IMG/VR virus record: IMGVR_UViG_3300050011_000047
Span: 1-14,131 of that record
Source of the DNA: a virus
Taxonomy: Duplodnaviria; Heunggongvirae; Uroviricota; Caudoviricetes
Length of the DNA stretch: 14,131 bases
Reading direction: 5' to 3' (one strand)
Each line of letters begins with the position of its first letter. Positions within the stretch are counted from its first letter, which is position 1. A program made the position numbers and the translations under genes. Under the pieces are notes generated by a model. That model saw only the letters and a list, made by a program, of their open reading frames with translations. It ran no database searches and had not been told where the DNA came from. This document shows positions 6,090 through 13,176 of the stretch, one piece after another.

Positions 6090-7309
6090 TTGGTGAAGGC
6101 CAACTTCTTCGGCTTCGCCGTGATGACGATGCGCTTGATGATGACCTTCGGCTTCGCAGGCTTGTGCCAAGCCGCCGCAGTGGCGTTCTTGACGCAAACC
6201 AACTGGCCGCGTGCATTGAGCGTAAGCACAGTGCCGACCGGAGCCTTGGACTGCACTCCGTTCAAGTTCGGGCAGAGGTCAGCCGAAGCGCCGTCGGCAC
6301 CGTTCTTGCCGTCCGCACCTGCCGGGCCGGTTGCGCCCGTTGCGCCCTGTGCGCCGTCCGCACCCGTGGCTCCGTTCGAGCCATTGGAGCCGGGAGCACC
6401 GTTCGCGCCATCTGCACCGGGAGCACCGGGTGCGCCGTTGCAGACTGCGCCGTCGAAGTAGAACGGCGATTCACTGTCCGAGTTCGGGTTGAACGTCCAG
6501 ACATCGACACCGCCGTAGGTGCAAACGCCCTGCCCTTCCTCGCCGGAATCGTTGACGGCAAACACGCTCGCACCGTTGGTGCCGTTCGTGCCGTTCGTGC
6601 CGTTCGTCCCGTTCGTACCGTTCGAGCCGTTGGCACCGGGTTCGCCGGGAGCACCCGGATCACCCTTGGGGCCGGTATCGCCGGTTGCGCCCTGAATGCC
6701 CTGACCGCCCGGCTGACCGTTGCAAACGAACTGCTGGTCAACACGCTCACCTGCGGCGTTGTAGACCTGAATGGCAACTCCGCCGGTCGTGGCGCAAACA
6801 TCTCCGCCTTCGCCGGGGCCGAACGTCACGGTGGTTACCGTGTCGCCGGGAGTACCATCCTTGCCGTCCTTGCCGTTGGTGCCGTTGGTGCCGTTCGAGC
6901 CCGGAGCACCGTTCGACCCATTCGAGCCGTTCGACCCATTCGTGCCGTTGGTGCCGTTCTTCGGGCACGCCTGCAACGTGAGGGTGCCCGTCTCGGTGGA
7001 CGTGTTCGTGTTGTGCGGATACGAGTTCTTTGTCTCCGTGAACGTGAACACGACCGAGTGGCTACCGATGGTGCTACCCGCGATGCCCGACTCCGTGTAC
7101 GTCGTGGTCGAGGAGCCGTCGCTCGGGTTGAGGGCAGTGATCGAGTAGCCACTGTCAGCCACGTTCGTAGCCGTCCAGACAACTTTCGATGTGCCTGTGG
7201 TGGTATCGCAAGTCTGGACGCCCGTGACCGAGTTGCTCCACGCAAACGCCGAACCTGCCCAAACCATCGCCGCAACAAACACGGCAATGGCGGAGATTGC
7301 CTTCCTCAT
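6086..7309 (-). CDS. Secreted collagen-like protein, probable sortase substrate
   Basis: Sec-type signal MRKAISAIAVFVAAMVWAGSAFA; AGGAGG Shine-Dalgarno (SD); three Gly-X-Y tracts separated by Cys-containing spacers; basic tail ending KKLAFTK. Confidence 0.9.
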   Translation of the reverse strand: MRKAISAIAVFVAAMVWAGSAFAWSNSVTGVQTCDTTTGTSKVVWTATNVADSGYSITALNPSDGSSTTTYTESGIAGSTIGSHSVVFTFTETKNSYPHNTNTSTETGTLTLQACPKNGTNGTNGSNGSNGSNGAPGSNGTNGTNGKDGKDGTPGDTVTTVTFGPGEGGDVCATTGGVAIQVYNAAGERVDQQFVCNGQPGGQGIQGATGDTGPKGDPGAPGEPGANGSNGTNGTNGTNGTNGTNGASVFAVNDSGEEGQGVCTYGGVDVWTFNPNSDSESPFYFDGAVCNGAPGAPGADGANGAPGSNGSNGATGADGAQGATGATGPAGADGKNGADGASADLCPNLNGVQSKAPVGTVLTLNARGQLVCVKNATAAAWHKPAKPKVIIKRIVITAKPKKLAFTK

Positions 7310-7443
7310 TCGTCTTCCTCCTTTTCGGGCGGGGTATCCGCCGATTCCCCGGATAGTAGCCCATCCGGGACAACTTGTGTAGGGCTAATCGCGGCCGACC
7401 ACATGAGCAGGCTCTCCGCCTGTGCATACCGTGTCTCGCTCAT
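7306..7443 (-). CDS. Hypothetical 45-aa acidic protein (not in the ORF track)
   Basis: MSETRYAQAESLLMWSAAISPTQVVPDGLLSGESADTPPEKEEDE; fills the gap and its stop overlaps the collagen start (ATGA). Confidence 0.45.
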   Translation of the reverse strand: MSETRYAQAESLLMWSAAISPTQVVPDGLLSGESADTPPEKEEDE

Positions 7444-7454
7444 ACCCTCGGGCC

Positions 7455-7664
7455 TCACGTGAGCGCCCGTCGATACGCTGCGCTGTAGAGCGCGGGATGG
7501 TGGATCGCGTCTAGCGCGCGCTCGCGCGGGACATCGAAGGAGTCGAGCACGATTTTGCCGCTGCTCGCCATGACGGCGAGCCGGACGGTCGTGTCCGTAA
7601 CCTCCTCGATGTCGATGTGGAAGCCGACGCCCGCATCGCGGACGAAGATCGTCTCGGCGCTCAC
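7455..7664 (-). CDS. Hypothetical 69-aa protein
   Basis: GTG at 7664 preceded by GAGGAGG and overlapping the upstream TGA; reads MSAETIFVRDAGVGFHIDIEEV...HHPALYSAAYRRALT. Confidence 0.65.
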   Translation of the reverse strand: MSAETIFVRDAGVGFHIDIEEVTDTTVRLAVMASSGKIVLDSFDVPRERALDAIHHPALYSAAYRRALT

Positions 7665-7801
7665 GCAGCCTCGACCTCCTCGTTGTCGCAGAGTTCTCCC
7701 CAACCGCAACCGCAGTCGAGAGGCTTGTTGTCCGGACTTAGCCGGATACCCACCCACGGGCAACCGCAGGGGGCGAGCGGGGTGTCTGTGTTGTTGGTCA
7801 T
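7661..7801 (-). CDS. 46-aa Cys-rich protein, first gene of the minus-strand operon (not in the ORF track)
   Basis: MTNNTDTPLAPCGCPWVGIRLSPDNKPLDCGCGWGELCDNEEVEAA; GTGA-coupled to the next gene; leaderless promoter directly upstream. Confidence 0.6.
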   Translation of the reverse strand: MTNNTDTPLAPCGCPWVGIRLSPDNKPLDCGCGWGELCDNEEVEAA

Positions 7802-7870
7802 GGCCCCATCATCGTCAGCCCTCGGCCCGTTGTCTACCCCCTCGATGGAGGGATTCGCTACACTCCGAGC
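7802..7870. promoter_or_regulatory. Divergent promoter region
   Basis: Minus strand: TAGACA(7836-7831)-17 nt-GATGAT(7813-7808)-6 nt-ATG 7801. Plus strand: TACACT(7859-7864)-6 nt-ATG 7871. A dyad CCCTC-N4-GAGGG lies between them. Confidence 0.6.
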
Positions 7871-8092
7871 ATGGGCCTCTTATCTCGCCACCGTGACCGC
7901 CGCGATGTGCGGCGCAACCTGCGGCGACTTGCGTGGTTCATCGAAGCGGCGCTCGCGCCTCCAACCGATCCGCGCGCTGCGATCCTCACGACCGCCGACC
8001 TCCCTACGGTGAGCATCGAGCAGGAGGGGCAGAAGAAGCCGAAGCGCGGCAAGCGGCGCAGGATGTTTGGCATCCCGGATCGAGATGCCTAA
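7871..8092 (+). CDS. Hypothetical basic protein, 73 aa
   Basis: Leaderless start signature; overlaps the next start. Confidence 0.6.
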   Translation: MGLLSRHRDRRDVRRNLRRLAWFIEAALAPPTDPRAAILTTADLPTVSIEQEGQKKPKRGKRRRMFGIPDRDA

Positions 8093-8363
8093 CATCTCGG
8101 TAGGCAAGACGCGCGAGAAGCCGAAGCCCCCGTCGAGCAAGCGGCCCGGTGACGCGGCGCGGAAGAAGCGGCAGAAGGACGCGCACAAGGTTCTCGAAGA
8201 CCGCAAGAAGGAGCCGATCCCGTGCAACACTGTGGTGGCTCGCGTGGGCATCACGCTCTCGAACGTGAACCCGGACGTGCTCATCGTGTGCGGCAACTGC
8301 GAGCATGAGAACTGGAAGTGGCTCGAATGCTGCGCGAAGTGCAAGCGTGCGCTCGATGGCTAG
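8085..8363 (+). CDS. Basic protein with a C-terminal Zn ribbon
   Basis: Lys-rich N-terminus; CGNCEHENWKWLECCAKC motif. Confidence 0.7.
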   Translation: MPNISVGKTREKPKPPSSKRPGDAARKKRQKDAHKVLEDRKKEPIPCNTVVARVGITLSNVNPDVLIVCGNCEHENWKWLECCAKCKRALDG

Positions 8364-8649
8364 CGAGCCCGTGTGGGACGGCGAGCCCATCATCTCGCTC
8401 ACCCACATGCAACTTCTGCACCTGTACTCCTTCTGCCCGCAGTGGCAGGGCCTCGCCATAGGCCCGACGATCCTGTTTACACACGGCCAACACGCGGTGG
8501 TGGACATCGAGGCGATATTCGTCAAGACGCGCGAGGAGGCCGCCGATGCGATGGTGAGCAACATCCACAATGCGTGCGTGCGCGAGAACATCGTGTATGT
8601 CGAGGACGAGTGGACGATCACGTCACTCGCTCTCGTCGGCGGCTGCTAG
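8356..8649 (+). CDS. Hypothetical protein, 97 aa
   Basis: ATG at 8356 overlaps the previous gene end; normal amino-acid composition. Confidence 0.65.
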   Translation: MASEPVWDGEPIISLTHMQLLHLYSFCPQWQGLAIGPTILFTHGQHAVVDIEAIFVKTREEAADAMVSNIHNACVRENIVYVEDEWTITSLALVGGC

Positions 8650-8715
8650 AGTCTCCACTGTCCCGGCGGCAGTGTGCGCGCGAAGCCATTGGCAGCGGCC
8701 CTCCGTCGGGACTCC

Positions 8716-8744
8716 TTGACGCAGTGCTCGCGCTCATCTAGGGT
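8716..8744 (+). promoter_or_regulatory. Sigma70-type promoter TTGACG-17-TAGGGT
   Basis: Near-consensus -35 with a 17-nt spacer, upstream of AAGGAGG and ATG 8770. Confidence 0.65.
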
Positions 8745-8769
8745 GCGCCAAACGACAAGGAGGACGTGC

Positions 8770-8982
8770 ATGAGTCAGTCGAGTAAGAAGCAGGCCAAGC
8801 GGCACGTGCAGATGGAAGCAGCGAATCCGCCGGTCACGCTCAACCCGTGTCTCGGAAAGGTGCGGTACGAGTCGGAGGAGCAGGCGCTTGCCGAGTCCTC
8901 CTTCCGCCCGTACTTCTGCCCGTGGTGCGAAGGCTTCCACACATCGGCGCACGGCTTCAAGGGCTCCCGCAAGGGAAGGTGA
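8770..8982 (+). CDS. Small phage Zn-finger-like protein
   Basis: AAGGAGG SD; C.GKVRY.SE..A...RPYFCPWCEGFH motif. Confidence 0.75.
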   Translation: MSQSSKKQAKRHVQMEAANPPVTLNPCLGKVRYESEEQALAESSFRPYFCPWCEGFHTSAHGFKGSRKGR

Positions 8983-8992
8983 CGATCACCCT

Positions 8993-9028
8993 ATCGGGGG
9001 GATGGCAGGCCGCTGCCCATCCCCCGAT
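8993..9028 (+). terminator. Strong hairpin after the 8770 gene
   Basis: ATCGGGGGGATGGCAG / CTGCCCATCCCCCGAT, nearly perfect stem; weak U-tract. Confidence 0.5.
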
Positions 9029-9061
9029 ACTTGGGGTATGTCCCCTACGAAGGAGCGCACC

Positions 9062-9286
9062 ATGTTCGACATCACCGTTCGGATGCGACGTAATCTCAAG
9101 TCGCGGATGGGCCTTTGCTTCACCAAGGGTCAGGTCATTCGCGTGAGGTACTCGCCCGAGGAAATGCTCAACGGCCACAAGGTCTTGAGCGAAGGTTGGA
9201 GCGCTATCCACCCGTTGTTCGAGGGCGGCACCAACCCGAACGTGACGGTCTTCATCCCCCTCGCGTGGGCCGAGCGCATCGCATGA
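9062..9286 (+). CDS. Hypothetical protein, 74 aa
   Basis: GAAGGAG SD; ATGA overlap with the next gene. Confidence 0.7.
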   Translation: MFDITVRMRRNLKSRMGLCFTKGQVIRVRYSPEEMLNGHKVLSEGWSAIHPLFEGGTNPNVTVFIPLAWAERIA

Positions 9287-9825
9287 AGGTGATCGGCCTC
9301 GATGATGCAGCCCGGCAGATGGGCCTCCGTCTGCCGGTGCGCATCGAGTTGCACGCCGAGTGCGGGCGCTCCTCGAAGGGCGGCTACGTCGGCGTCTTCA
9401 ACGGCACGCACCGCATCCGCGTGCGCGTCGGCAAGGCCAAGTTCCGTGTCGGCGCTACGGTGCGCTTCACCGAGGCGGCAGCGTGCGCGACACTGTGGCA
9501 CGAGATGACGCACGCACTCCAATGCGAGCGCGACTTCGACGGGAACTCCGCCGAGGCATTCGAGCACTACGACTCCGACATCCGCTCGCGACTCCGTGAG
9601 GCCGGGCTCGATCCCGACTCCTTCGGGCAGTTGCTCGGGGATCAGGTCGCAGCCGAGCGCACCATGAGCAAGCAGATGTTCGGACGCTCCTTCTCCCCGA
9701 CGTTCGACGTGTACGAGGCGAGCCCGTGGGAGGTCGAGGCCCGAGCGGTGGCCGACGCATTGCAGCACGTCGCAATCACCTTTACCATCTCTCCCAAGAC
9801 CCGACGTAATGCCAAACGACAATGA
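9283..9825 (+). CDS. Zincin-type metallopeptidase-like protein, 180 aa
   Basis: TLWHEMTHALQ (HExxH) with distal SPWEVEAR supplying a candidate third ligand; ATGA-coupled start at 9283. Confidence 0.8.
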   Translation: MKVIGLDDAARQMGLRLPVRIELHAECGRSSKGGYVGVFNGTHRIRVRVGKAKFRVGATVRFTEAAACATLWHEMTHALQCERDFDGNSAEAFEHYDSDIRSRLREAGLDPDSFGQLLGDQVAAERTMSKQMFGRSFSPTFDVYEASPWEVEARAVADALQHVAITFTISPKTRRNAKRQ

Positions 9826-9840
9826 AGGAGGCATCAAACG

Positions 9841-10167
9841 ATGGCAACGGGTAGACCCGATCCGGTCGAAGTGTGGGCACCCCTGTTCCTAACCTACGCG
9901 GGCTCCGGCGCTCCGAAGTTCACCAAGGAGCAGGTGCTCGCGGACGGCTTCGCGATCCTGGGTGACCACTGCAAGTTGTGCGACGACAAGGTGACCGGCA
10001 CTGCCAAGGATCACATGCGCACGCACCGTAAGGACTTGACTATGTGGCTCGCGAAGCGGCGCTCGGAGGCGGCGAAGAAATCCCTTGCCGGGCTCGCGGC
10101 GGCGCGCAAGGAGAAGAAGTTGCAGGACGAGACAATCAACGAACCAAAGGAGGACGACGATGAGTGA
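9841..10167 (+). CDS. Protein with a C2H2-like Zn finger and a basic helix
   Basis: AAGGAGG SD; C-x2-C-x10-H-x3-H (CKLC...HMRTH). Confidence 0.7.
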   Translation: MATGRPDPVEVWAPLFLTYAGSGAPKFTKEQVLADGFAILGDHCKLCDDKVTGTAKDHMRTHRKDLTMWLAKRRSEAAKKSLAGLAAARKEKKLQDETINEPKEDDDE

Positions 10168-10387
10168 GTACGAGTTCACGATCAACGAGGCGTTCGTTGA
10201 TGTCAAGGACGGCGAAGGCGTGCCTCGGCCCGTCTACCACCTGCGCTTCAAGGGCGAGACGCTCCGCATCGCTACCCGGATGGCGGAGGCGCTCGAATGG
10301 CTCGCGCATCCGTACCACCAAGGCCATGCCTACTCGTGTTACTCCGTCATCGACGGCACCGAGCGGGAAGTCCACCGCAACAGGTAG
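10160..10387 (+). CDS. Hypothetical protein, 75 aa
   Basis: AAGGAGG SD before ATG 10160; overlaps the previous stop region. Confidence 0.7.
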   Translation: MSEYEFTINEAFVDVKDGEGVPRPVYHLRFKGETLRIATRMAEALEWLAHPYHQGHAYSCYSVIDGTEREVHRNR

Positions 10388-10418
10388 CATGCGCGGACAA
10401 CTTCTACGAGGAGGACGA

Positions 10419-10682
10419 ATGAGCGATGCAGTAGAGGACGGCGCGGAGGAGGAGTTCACACTTCCGACTCCGCCGGAGACGACGACGTACCGCCCGATGA
10501 AACTTGGGATGAGCGTGGACGAGGAGACGGGCGCGGTCACGCTCCTGTTCATCGTCTCCCCGATCAAGTACGTGGAGGTCATCATCTCCGCAGGCGCGGC
10601 GGCAAGCATCAAGGCGAGCATCCCCGACGTGAACGTATCGGGGATCGTAACACCGCCCAAGCCGCAAATCGTTCGCGTCTAA
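10419..10682 (+). CDS. Hypothetical acidic protein, 87 aa
   Basis: GAGGAGG SD before ATG 10419. Confidence 0.7.
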   Translation: MSDAVEDGAEEEFTLPTPPETTTYRPMKLGMSVDEETGAVTLLFIVSPIKYVEVIISAGAAASIKASIPDVNVSGIVTPPKPQIVRV

Positions 10683-10738
10683 GCAGCACCTTTACCGACG
10701 CTCGGGTTATACTGCTCGGGCGTCAGCCTGCGCGCGTT

Positions 10739-10768
10739 TTGATGAAACGTGTGTTCGGGCGATAGAGT
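10739..10768 (+). promoter_or_regulatory. Candidate promoter TTGATG-18-TAGAGT for the head genes
   Basis: Lies in the intergenic gap before ATG 10779; a second TATACT is at 10708-10713. Confidence 0.45.
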
Positions 10769-10778
10769 CCCGTGTGAC

Positions 10779-11648
10779 ATGGAGCAAGTCAGACTCGACA
10801 AACTCCTCATCTCCGAGGTATCAGGCGTGGATGACCCGGCGAACATGCTTCCCGGATGGATGGTCACCAAGTCGGCGGACGGCAACGGCCCCGATCTTCT
10901 GCTCGTTCTCGCGGACGAGATGGAGACGCTCACGAAGGCGAGCGATTCCAAGCAGCCCTACGGCGACGTGAAGTACGCCGATCCGGGTTATCAGAAGGAC
11001 GGCAAGAAGCGGTACCCGCTCGACACGGAGACGCACATCCGCGCGGCATGGTCGTACATCAACGTGCCTGCCAATGGCGAGGCGTACACCGCCGAGCAAC
11101 TCACGAGCATCAAGGCCAAGATCAAGACGGCCATGAAGGGGCTCGGAGCGGAGACGGAGAGTGCGGCGACGAAGACGCGCTCCGAAAACATCGTGGCGAC
11201 CATCAAGGGGATTCTCCTTGGAACGCCCACGGAACAGGAAGGCGAGGACATGGACAAGGACGAACTCGTCGCAGCCATTGTCGAGGGCAACGAGCCGCTC
11301 GTCAAGGCAGTGACAGACGCCGTTGCCAAGTCGCTCACCCCCGCCGAGGGCGAGGGCGCGACGGTGACACCGGCAGCGGTGGAGACACCGGCAGCGGAGG
11401 ATGCTCCGGCATTCACCGAGGCACAGATTGGCGAAGTGACCAAGGCCGTCGAGGCCCTGCTCGCTCCGTACAACGAGATTTTCGAGAAGGTTCTCGACCG
11501 TCTCGAAGGCACTGAGAAGCACCTTGGCATCGCGGCACGCAAGAGTCTCGACGGACAGGAGTCCGGCGAGGGCGAAGGCGAGCCCGTTGTGAAGGCCACC
11601 CCCGACCTCGGTGACGCCATCGCGGCTGCGCTCACGCGCAAGTCGTAA
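10779..11648 (+). CDS. Capsid scaffold-like protein with a prohead-protease-like N-terminal fragment
   Basis: N-terminal ISEVSGVDDPAN resembles the E.S.VD.PAN motif of XkdF-type proteases; YGDVKYADPG..KKRYPLDTE.H.RAAWSYIN domain; acidic Ala-rich helical tail; directly precedes the capsid gene. Confidence 0.75.
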   Translation: MEQVRLDKLLISEVSGVDDPANMLPGWMVTKSADGNGPDLLLVLADEMETLTKASDSKQPYGDVKYADPGYQKDGKKRYPLDTETHIRAAWSYINVPANGEAYTAEQLTSIKAKIKTAMKGLGAETESAATKTRSENIVATIKGILLGTPTEQEGEDMDKDELVAAIVEGNEPLVKAVTDAVAKSLTPAEGEGATVTPAAVETPAAEDAPAFTEAQIGEVTKAVEALLAPYNEIFEKVLDRLEGTEKHLGIAARKSLDGQESGEGEGEPVVKATPDLGDAIAAALTRKS

Positions 11649-11690
11649 GGCGACCGGGTTCACGAGAACGAAAGGCAAGGTAGAGCAGAC

Positions 11691-12716
11691 ATGGCTCTTT
11701 CGACCGAGGAACTGCTCCGCAAAGCCGTTCTCGTTGCTACCGATGGCACCGCTGGCGCTCCGGCGAACAGCAATGGTGACTTCGGTGGTGCGGGCGAGGC
11801 GGCTCTCAGCATCGAGCAGGTCACACAGTTCATCGAGTTGATGGCAGCGCAGCAGGTCATGCTGTCAGAGGCTCAGACCAAGACGAGTTCCGCTGCGAAG
11901 TGGAACGAGTCGATCATCGACATGGGCGGGCGCATCATGAAGCCCGGCATCGAGGCGCAGCGCCTCGTGGAAGGTCAGCGTCGCAAGCCGACGACTGGCA
12001 TTGTCGAGATTTCGACCGTGCTTGGCCGTGCGGAAGTCCCGATTTCCGACGAGACTCTCGAAGACAACGTGGCGGGTGCGAACATCGTCGCGTCGATTCA
12101 GCGTCTCATCGCGGATCAGGCGGGCTTCGACATCGAGGACTTGTTCGTGAACGGCGACACCGCCAACGGCAGCGATGCCTGGCTCGCCCTCGCGGACGGG
12201 TGGCTCAAGCAGGCGACCAACGGCAAGGTTGGCGCAGGCCGGGCGACCCCCAACACGTTCTCGGCGGCGACATACGGCAAGGACTATCAGGCCATCTTCA
12301 AGAAGATGTTGCAGTCCATGCCGAAGCGGTACCTGCGCAACCTCAAGGTGAACGGGCGCTTCTACGTCCCGGTGACCTTGGAGCAGGGTTGGAGGGACAT
12401 CCTCGCGAGCCGTGTCGGCCCGCTCGGTGACCTCTCGCTCACGCAGTCGTCCGACCTCACGTACCAGGGCGTCAAGGTCGTGCCCGCACCGTCGTTCGAT
12501 GCCGGTATCGCTGCCGGTTCGCCCGACACGTGCACGATCCTGCTCTCGGCCAACTCGAACCTCTACGCCGGTTACCACCGCGCGATGAAGTTCGAGACGT
12601 TCCGTGACCCCCGCGAAGGCGCAACGTCGTTCATCATCACGTGCCGTGTCGATCCGCAGGTCGCGGTCATCGACGCCACCGTGACGGCGACGAGCGTCGA
12701 TGTGGAACTGGACTGA
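11691..12716 (+). CDS. Major capsid protein (HK97 fold, P2/XkdG-like)
   Basis: 341 aa; LSIEQVTQFIEL, EVPISDETLEDN, DIEDLFVNGD and DGWLKQ motifs are typical of this capsid group; position after the scaffold gene. Confidence 0.9.
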   Translation: MALSTEELLRKAVLVATDGTAGAPANSNGDFGGAGEAALSIEQVTQFIELMAAQQVMLSEAQTKTSSAAKWNESIIDMGGRIMKPGIEAQRLVEGQRRKPTTGIVEISTVLGRAEVPISDETLEDNVAGANIVASIQRLIADQAGFDIEDLFVNGDTANGSDAWLALADGWLKQATNGKVGAGRATPNTFSAATYGKDYQAIFKKMLQSMPKRYLRNLKVNGRFYVPVTLEQGWRDILASRVGPLGDLSLTQSSDLTYQGVKVVPAPSFDAGIAAGSPDTCTILLSANSNLYAGYHRAMKFETFRDPREGATSFIITCRVDPQVAVIDATVTATSVDVELD

Positions 12717-12722
12717 GCAACG

Positions 12723-13019
12723 ATGGCCGGTAACGTCATCCGCGCATACCAACTAGCGGCGCAGCCGTGGGTTGTCGCCGTGAGCGATTCGTTCTTGGGC
12801 GAGTACCTCGCGGACTTGGTTGCCAAGGGGCCGGAGACGAGTGACCTCAAGGACACGGAGAACCCGTTGCTCCTGTGGGCCGCTCCTCTCACGAACGGTC
12901 TTGACGACTCGGCAGGCACGACGTTCGTTGTTTCGGCAGAGGTCTACAAGCGCATTCAGTCACGGCGCTACGTGGACGGCAACGCCGGTACGACGGACGA
13001 CACGGCTGACCCCGCGTAG
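12723..13019 (+). CDS. Hypothetical head-associated protein, 98 aa
   Basis: 6 nt after the capsid stop, before the terminator. Confidence 0.65.
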   Translation: MAGNVIRAYQLAAQPWVVAVSDSFLGEYLADLVAKGPETSDLKDTENPLLLWAAPLTNGLDDSAGTTFVVSAEVYKRIQSRRYVDGNAGTTDDTADPA

Positions 13020-13044
13020 TTCGCTCCGCACATGCACCAACTTC

Positions 13045-13070
13045 GAGAGGGTCGGGAAACCGGCCCTCTC
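13045..13070 (+). terminator. Intrinsic terminator of the head operon
   Basis: 11-bp stem GAGAGGGTCGG/CCGGCCCTCTC with a GAAA loop, followed by TGTGTCTTGT. Confidence 0.75.
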
Positions 13071-13095
13071 TGTGTCTTGTGGTACAGTTCTTCGC

Positions 13096-13170
13096 AGCGG
13101 GGGGGGGTGAAATGGCTTCCACGCCGGGCTCATATCCCGGAAACACTCGGTTCGACTCCGTGACCCGCTA
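13096..13170 (+). tRNA. Degenerate tRNA-Met(CAT), initiator-like
   Basis: Acceptor AGCGGG/CCCGCT, anticodon arm CCGGG-CTCATAT-CCCGG, T-loop TTCGACT, D stem GTG/CAC. Defects: about 2 extra G in a G9 run, no T8, a T-T mismatch in the T stem and no encoded CCA. TGG-TACAGT promoter at 13080-13088. Confidence 0.6.
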
Positions 13171-13176
13171 CTTCCA

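Noticed and set aside
5544-7462. Long plus-strand ORFs 5544..6461 and 6020..7462
   Set aside because: Antisense shadows of the GC-rich sortase and collagen genes, with no motifs or start signals.
8647-8674. TAGAGT followed by a 7-bp hairpin as another small RNA
   Set aside because: No start codon at the expected position and only one short stem; the TAG is explained as a stop codon.
10821-12752. Long minus-strand ORFs opposite the scaffold and capsid genes
   Set aside because: Antisense shadows caused by GC3 bias.
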